Shown piece after piece: positions 58,623 through 64,000 of a stretch of DNA of 64,000 nucleotides. The translations under genes and the position numbers were made by a program. The stretch spans positions 1 through 64,000 of the forward strand of contig CAVVEU010000031.1 in the NCBI GenBank assembly GCA_963747235.1, given 5' to 3'. Under the pieces are notes generated by a model. The model was not told the DNA's origin. It saw only the letters and a list, made by a program, of their open reading frames with translations, and made no database searches. Position 1 is the first letter of the stretch. Every line of letters starts with the position of its first letter. Source of the stretch: an uncultured Candidatus Rokubacteria bacterium. Lineage in GTDB: Bacteria; Methylomirabilota; Methylomirabilia; Rokubacteriales; CSP1-6.

Positions 58623-60559
58623 GCGGGCATCAGTGGGTTAAGGTGGTCAGGATCTGTGTCAGCTACGAGCGGCAGGATCACCGAAAAGGTGCTCCCCTTG
58701 CCCGGCTCGCTTTCGACGGAGACGCTGCCGCCCTGGAGCTCGACGAGCTTGCGCGTGAGCGCGAGCCCCAGGCCCGTGCCCCCGTGGCGACGCGCCAGGC
58801 GCGATTCGAGCTGCTGGAACTGCGCGAACAGTCTGCCGATGTCTTCGGGCTTGATCCCGATGCCGGTATCGCGCACCTGCAGTGTCAACAGTCCTGGATC
58901 GCGCTGACCGACGATGATGTCCACCTGCCCCCCGTCGTCGGTGAATTTCACGGCGTTGGAGAGCAGGTTGAAGAGCACCTGCTTGAACTTCTGCCGGTCG
59001 AGCGTGACGCTGGTGATCGATGCGGCGATGTGTCTGCGGACGGCGATCTTCTTCTTCTCCGCCATCTGCGAGAGGACGGAGCAGACTTCCTCGACGGTCT
59101 TGGGCAGCGCAAAGGCTTCGGGGGACAGCTCCATCTTCCCCGCCTCCACCTTCGACAGGTCGAGGACGTCGTTGATCAGGTGCAGCAGGTGCCGCCCGCT
59201 GTTCAGGATGTCGTTCAGGTAGTCCTTCTGCTTGGCATTCAGTGGTCCTGGTTTCTCGTCGAAGAGGAACTCGGAGAAGCCGATGATGCCGTTCAAGGGC
59301 GTGCGCAATTCATGACTCATGTTTGCGAGGAACTCGCTCTTCATGCGGTTCGATTCCTGGATGCGCAGGTTCTGGGCTTCGAGCTGAATACTGTTGACCC
59401 GCATCTCCCGCATCCTTCGCTCCTCGGTTCGGTCGCGAAAGACCAGGACGACGCCGCGGATCTCTCCGGTCGGATCCCGGATGGGTGCGCCGCTGTCCGC
59501 GATCGGTCGCGCGGTGCCGTCGCGGGAACACAGGACCGTGTGGTTCGCAAGGCCCACGACCACGCCTTCGCGCAGGACACGGACTACCGGACTCTCTACC
59601 GGACGGCGAGTGTCCTCATCGAGAATGCGAAAGACCTCGGCGAGCGCCCGCCCCTTTGCCTCTTCGAGGGGCCAGCCGGTCAGTTGCTCGGCAACCGGAT
59701 TCATTCGGATGACCCGCCCCTCGATGTTTGTTGCGATCACCGCATCGCCGATGCTGTTGAGGGTGATGGCTAGATTCTGTTCGCTCTCCCGCAGCGCTTC
59801 CTCGGCGCGCTGTCGTTCCGCGATTGTTCCCTTCAACGTGCCCGTCATTTCGTCGAACGCGCGCGAAAGGTCCCCGATCTCGTCCCTGGCGGTAACGTCG
59901 AGCCGAAAATCGAGGTTGCCGGCGCCTACGATCGCGGTGCCTTCGCGCAGGTGTGCGAGCGGCCGGGTTACGCTTCTGAGTGTTAGAAGCAACATCGCGG
60001 CGACGGCCAACACGACGATGCCGCCGGACGACACCACCGCGAAACGTGCCCGTTGTTGAGCCTCCAGGACACCCGCCCGGCTGCGCTCGGCGAGACCCTC
60101 CGCGTCGGAGATCATCGTCTGCGTCTTGTTCGTGATCTGCCCGGTCAGCCTGGTCTCCAACTCCGTGAGCGCCGCGCTGTGTTCCCTGTGGTGTTCACGG
60201 TTGTGGTGGTTCGTCACGAGTTGGGCGAATAGAGTGCTGACGCTGTCGTGGGTGTGGCGGAGCCCGTCTACGATTGCTTGGCCCTCGGTGCCGGTAAACT
60301 CCGTGGAGTTCGCAAGCAGTGTCGAGAGCGACGCGTGCCTCAGCCGCCACTGGGCCTGCGCCCGCTCTTCGTGGTGCAGCACATATTCGAGCGTCAGGTA
60401 TCTGACGGCGGTGGCTCCTTTGAGCACTTCCGCGGCCACCTCGTTCTTGGTGAGCTCTTGCCTCACCTGCTGCGTGGTGGATAACAGCACCGCGGAGATG
60501 ACGGCAACGGCTCCCACGGAGAGCAGTCCGGCAAGCTTGAGACGGGAGGAAATTCTCAT
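58619..60559 (-). CDS. Membrane sensor histidine kinase (2 TM, HAMP, PAS, HisKA, HATPase)
   Basis: DEIGDLSRAFDEM, SIGDAVIAT..MNPVAE, FLANMSHELRTPLN, NLLSNAVKFT, GTGLGLAL. Confidence 0.93.
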   Translation of the reverse strand: MRISSRLKLAGLLSVGAVAVISAVLLSTTQQVRQELTKNEVAAEVLKGATAVRYLTLEYVLHHEERAQAQWRLRHASLSTLLANSTEFTGTEGQAIVDGLRHTHDSVSTLFAQLVTNHHNREHHREHSAALTELETRLTGQITNKTQTMISDAEGLAERSRAGVLEAQQRARFAVVSSGGIVVLAVAAMLLLTLRSVTRPLAHLREGTAIVGAGNLDFRLDVTARDEIGDLSRAFDEMTGTLKGTIAERQRAEEALRESEQNLAITLNSIGDAVIATNIEGRVIRMNPVAEQLTGWPLEEAKGRALAEVFRILDEDTRRPVESPVVRVLREGVVVGLANHTVLCSRDGTARPIADSGAPIRDPTGEIRGVVLVFRDRTEERRMREMRVNSIQLEAQNLRIQESNRMKSEFLANMSHELRTPLNGIIGFSEFLFDEKPGPLNAKQKDYLNDILNSGRHLLHLINDVLDLSKVEAGKMELSPEAFALPKTVEEVCSVLSQMAEKKKIAVRRHIAASITSVTLDRQKFKQVLFNLLSNAVKFTDDGGQVDIIVGQRDPGLLTLQVRDTGIGIKPEDIGRLFAQFQQLESRLARRHGGTGLGLALTRKLVELQGGSVSVESEPGKGSTFSVILPLVADTDPDHLNPLMPA

Positions 60560-60569
60560 TGGGGCGGTC

Positions 60570-61586
60570 TCAATGGATGACCGTGACCGCGGCGGGCGCC
60601 ACTGCTTCCAACGCATCGAGATAGAAGTAGTTCAGGTAGTTCGGCATATCGGTCCTGGCGGTGAGCTTGTGCTTTATCGCCCATCGCGTTTCGTCCTCCA
60701 GGGCGAGCACCAGGCTTTGGCCGAGGGTAATCGCGAATCGGTACGATGCCCAGGAGTCCTTCAACTGTGTCGCGTCTGTCCGGATCGCCTTGGCAACGAT
60801 TTCGCGCGCCGCATCCGGCGCGTCCCTGCAGAACCGTGCGCCTCGAATCAAGGCCCGGAGGACTCGCTTTATGGTCTCGGGATGGCTGACGACGTAGTCC
60901 CGTGTTCCGCCGAGGATGAACACCGGATCGTAGACGCCCGCGCCTGAGAAGGTCGCGGCGTTGGCGCCGAGCTGTTCTTTCAACGTGCCGACATACGGCT
61001 CCCAGGTCGAGGCGGCGTCGATGTCTCCGTTCGCCAGTGCCTTGGAGAGCTGCTCCGGCTTGACGTCGAGCACCGTCACGTCACGTGCCGACAGCCGCTC
61101 CCGTATGAGAAACGCGTCGAGTAAGAAATGGCCGGACGTGCCCAATGTAACGCCGATGCGTTTGCCCTTCAGGCTGGCAGGGGCGGCAATGCCCTTATCC
61201 CTTCTGCCGACGATTCCTTGACCTTGTTCTGTCGTGGAGATTGCCGCTACGATCGATACCGGCTGGCCGTTCATCACCGCGAACATGATTGGAATGTCGA
61301 GCATGCTCCCCAGATCGGCCTCTCCCTGTAGGGCGGAGTACAAAGCGGCCTTTCCGGTGCTGTGAGGCTGAAGAGCGACGAGGAGGCTTTCGCGCGAGAA
61401 ATAGCCTTGCTGCTGCGCCACGAATATCGGGCACGATCCTACATATTCGGTGGTCGCAATTGTCACCGGCTCGAGGGGACCCCGCGGCGGTGACGGTGAC
61501 GTCCGGTCGATCCACGCGTAACCTCCGACGACCAGCGCGGCCACAACTAGGAGGCCGGCCATCGCGGAAAGCGAGGGTGTTTCCAC
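60570..61586 (-). CDS. NrtA/SsuA/THI5-like substrate-binding protein
   Basis: N-terminal TM/signal, FVAQQQGYF, LKGKRIGVTLGT, IDAASTWEP. Confidence 0.85.
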   Translation of the reverse strand: METPSLSAMAGLLVVAALVVGGYAWIDRTSPSPPRGPLEPVTIATTEYVGSCPIFVAQQQGYFSRESLLVALQPHSTGKAALYSALQGEADLGSMLDIPIMFAVMNGQPVSIVAAISTTEQGQGIVGRRDKGIAAPASLKGKRIGVTLGTSGHFLLDAFLIRERLSARDVTVLDVKPEQLSKALANGDIDAASTWEPYVGTLKEQLGANAATFSGAGVYDPVFILGGTRDYVVSHPETIKRVLRALIRGARFCRDAPDAAREIVAKAIRTDATQLKDSWASYRFAITLGQSLVLALEDETRWAIKHKLTARTDMPNYLNYFYLDALEAVAPAAVTVIH

Positions 61587-61835
61587 TGAACAGCCTTGTC
61601 GTCTTTTGTGTCATCGTGAATCCGCCCCAACCCGCTAAGACTGCTTGAGCCGCCTAGCGGCACCGTGTAGTTCGTACCCGGAGCGTGGTGCCCGCGATGC
61701 ACCCGCATTCAAGGTTGGCGGCAAGCGAATATGCTCACTATTGGACCAAAGGCCAATGCGCCGGAGCCGTGGCATCGGCTCCTGAGGCGGCCAGCGTCCG
61801 GGTCTGGGGAGGTTACATCACGGTGACGGGATGCA

Positions 61836-61951
61836 AGGACTACCACCGCCGCACCGTGCGGGTGCGCGCGCTCTACGACCGCGTCGTGCCGAAGTGAGCC
61901 CGGCCGGGTCAGGCGCCCGGCTCGCGGGTGATGCGCGCGCCGAGCGAGCGC
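61836..61951 (+). repeat. Right copy of direct repeat (vestigial glnE 3' end + functional murA 3' end)
   Basis: Translates as DYHRRTVRVRALYDRVVPK*, versus GlnE DYRRRTAWVRALYDRVVPK*. Confidence 0.95.
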
Positions 61952-63203
61952 AGGCGCTCGTCGATCCGCTCGTAGCCGCGGTCCACCTGGTGCGCGTTCA
62001 TGATCGAGGAGGTGCCGCGCGCGCACAGCGCGGCGCCGATGAGGGCCATGCCCGCGCGGATGTCGGGGGAGACCATCGGCGCGGCCCGCAGCTCGGTGGG
62101 GCCGACCACCACCGCCCGGTGCGGATCGCACAGGATGATCCGGGCGCCCATCGCGATGAGGCTGTCCACGAAGAAGAGGCGGCTCTCGAATAGCTTCTCG
62201 TGGATGAGCACGGTCCCGCGGCTCTGGGTCGCCAGCACGAGCGCGAGGGAGGTCAGGTCGGCGGGGAAGCCCGGCCACGGCGCGTCGTCCACCTTGGAGA
62301 TCGCCCCGTCCGCGTCGGCCGCGACCGTCGAGCTCCTGCGGGCCGGGGACGACCAGCGTGGTGCCGTCGAGCGAGGTCTCGACGCCCAGCCGCCGGTAGG
62401 CCAGGCGGATCATGCGCAGATCCTCCGGGATCACGTCGCGGATGCGGAGGTCGCCGCCGGTCATCGCGGCCAGGGCCACGAAGGAGCCGATCTCGATGTG
62501 ATCGGGGCCCAGGCGGTGCCGGCCGGGCCCGAGCTCGCGGACGCCCTGGATGCGGAGCTGGTTCGTCCCGATGCCGCTGATCCGGGCGCCCAGCGTGTTG
62601 AGGAAGCGGCACAGGCCCTGGACGTGCGGCTCGCTGGCCGCGTTCAGGATCACGGTCTCGCCCTCGGCCAGCACCGCGGCCATCACCGTGTTCTCGGTGC
62701 CGGTCACGCTCATCTCGTCCAGGAAGACCTCGGTGCCCCGGAAGCGGCCCTCGAGCGTCAGGTGGAGCGACGGGCCGGACGCGACGCGCGCGCCCAGCTC
62801 GCTCAGCGCGAGCAGGTGGGTGTCGAGCCGCCGCCGGCCGATCCGATCGCCGCCGGGAGGCGGCAGCACCGCCTGGCCCGTCCGTGCGAGCAGGCCCGGC
62901 GCGAGCAGCACGGAGCCGCGGAGCTGCGACATCACCGCGGGGTCGGGGTCGCGGCCCTTGAGCGTGCTCGCGTCCAGGCGCACCGTGCCGTGGTCGTCCA
63001 CCTCCACCCGCACGCCCAGGTGGCGGAGCCCCTCGAGCAGCGCGGTCACGTCCCGGATGCGGGGCACGTTGTCCACGACGACCTGGACCCGCGACGAGCA
63101 GGCAGGCCGCGAGCACGGGCAGGGCCTCGTTCTTGTTGCCGGCCGGCGTCACCGTCCCCCGCAGGGGATGGCCGCCCTCCACCAGGAAGCGATCTCCGGT
63201 CAC
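61909..63203 (-). CDS. murA: UDP-N-acetylglucosamine 1-carboxyvinyltransferase (frameshifts near 63090 and 62333)
   Basis: [60 protein letters not shown]. Confidence 0.93.
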
Positions 63204-63299
63204 GTGAGCCTCCTCGTCAATACTAACCGAGCGTGCGGACATTAAAGGCACGGGAGAGGCGGTCGCCCGGAGGCCGGTGTATGATCCGGGCGAGTCCGC

Positions 63300-64000
63300 A
63301 TGACCGAGCGCTTGTTCATCCTCGACGGCCCCGGCTTCCTCTTTCGCGCTTACCACGCGATCCCGTTCCTCTCCACCTCGAAGGGCGTGCCGAGCCACGC
63401 GGTCTTCGGCATGTCCACGATGCTGTGGAAGCTGCTGCGCGAGGACAATCCGGAGTACTTCGCGGTCGCGTGGGACCCGCCCGGCCCGACGTTCCGGGAG
63501 GAGAAGTTCGCGGCCTACAAGGAGACCCGGGCCCCCACGCCCGACGATCTCCGCACCCAGATCCCGCTGGTGAAGACGCTCTTCGAGGCCCTGCGCCTGC
63601 CGCTCCTGGAGGTGCCGGGCTTCGAGGCCGACGACGTGCTGGGCACCGTGGTGGACCGCACCCGCGATCTTCCCATCGACCTCGTCCTGGTCACCTCCGA
63701 CAAGGACATGCTCCAGCTCGTGAGCCCGCGGGTGCGCGTGTTCTCGACCACCGGCCGGGGCGGGGACCGCGTGATCTTCGACGAGGCCGCGGTGAAGGCC
63801 AAGTGGGGCGTGGAGCCCGCGCAGATCCCCGACATCCTGGCCCTCATGGGCGACTCCATCGACAACATCCCGGGCGTGCCGGGCGTGGGCGAGAAGACCG
63901 CGGCCAAGCTGATCGGCCAGTTCGGCGGCGTGGCCCGCCTCTACGAGAACCTCTCGCTGGTGCCGGGCAAGCTGCGCGAGACGCTGGCCGCCAACCGCAA
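63300..64000 (+). CDS. polA: DNA polymerase I, 5'-3' exonuclease domain (3' truncated by window)
   Basis: [54 protein letters not shown]. Confidence 0.9.
   Translation, partial: MTERLFILDGPGFLFRAYHAIPFLSTSKGVPSHAVFGMSTMLWKLLREDNPEYFAVAWDPPGPTFREEKFAAYKETRAPTPDDLRTQIPLVKTLFEALRLPLLEVPGFEADDVLGTVVDRTRDLPIDLVLVTSDKDMLQLVSPRVRVFSTTGRGGDRVIFDEAAVKAKWGVEPAQIPDILALMGDSIDNIPGVPGVGEKTAAKLIGQFGGVARLYENLSLVPGKLRETLAANR

Larger units (their letters stand above)
56257..61835. mobile_element. Genomic islet (~5.6 kb) carrying a signalling cassette, no mobility gene visible
   Basis: Flanked by the direct repeat. Visibly more A/T-ending codons than flanking genes. Interrupts the convergent glnE/murA junction. 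Confidence 0.8.

Noticed and set aside
61685-61897. 70-aa ORF ending like GlnE
   Set aside because: Its C-terminus is only the duplicated glnE end, and the rest lacks coding features.

Overview
A high-GC (about 70% by eye) bacterial chromosome segment from a diderm organism (lptD, PEP-CTERM protein). Gene content and intergenic repeats suggest Candidatus Rokubacteria/Methylomirabilota, but that is inference. About 17 genes, including essential ones (gltX, glnS, murA, lptD), carry 1-3 single-base frameshifts, which points to an unpolished long-read assembly rather than pseudogenes. Layout: 1-11.7 kb catabolic hydrolases and an orphan TAXI receptor. 11.8-14.3 kb a sigma54-driven PEP-CTERM gene plus an atypical sigma54 activator. 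15.6-26.7 kb c-type cytochromes, two class III nucleotide cyclases, rlpA, HtrA, a SPOR protein and response regulators. 26.7-42.4 kb galU-pncB-trpCFBA-accD-folC-lptD-DegT-UDP-sugar dehydrogenase-UbiA-DprE1-DprE2. 45.6-56.2 kb divergent glnS/gltX, a phosphatase, Na/Pi transporter, glgA, glnB, glnE. 56.3-61.8 kb a lower-GC signalling island. The window ends with murA and the start of polA. Main observations: (1) a 5.6 kb integrase-less island bracketed by a ~115 bp duplication of the convergent glnE/murA 3' ends; (2) a mycobacterial-type lipid-linked arabinose donor pathway co-transcribed with lptD; (3) a contracted CXCH haem motif; (4) a candidate guanylate cyclase and a CHASE2-cyclase-PilZ fusion; (5) four sigma54 promoters and a sharply G-skewed patch inside one activator gene; (6) pervasive leaderless-type promoters; (7) several palindromic intergenic elements. 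No rRNA, tRNA, CRISPR array, transposase or integrase was seen.
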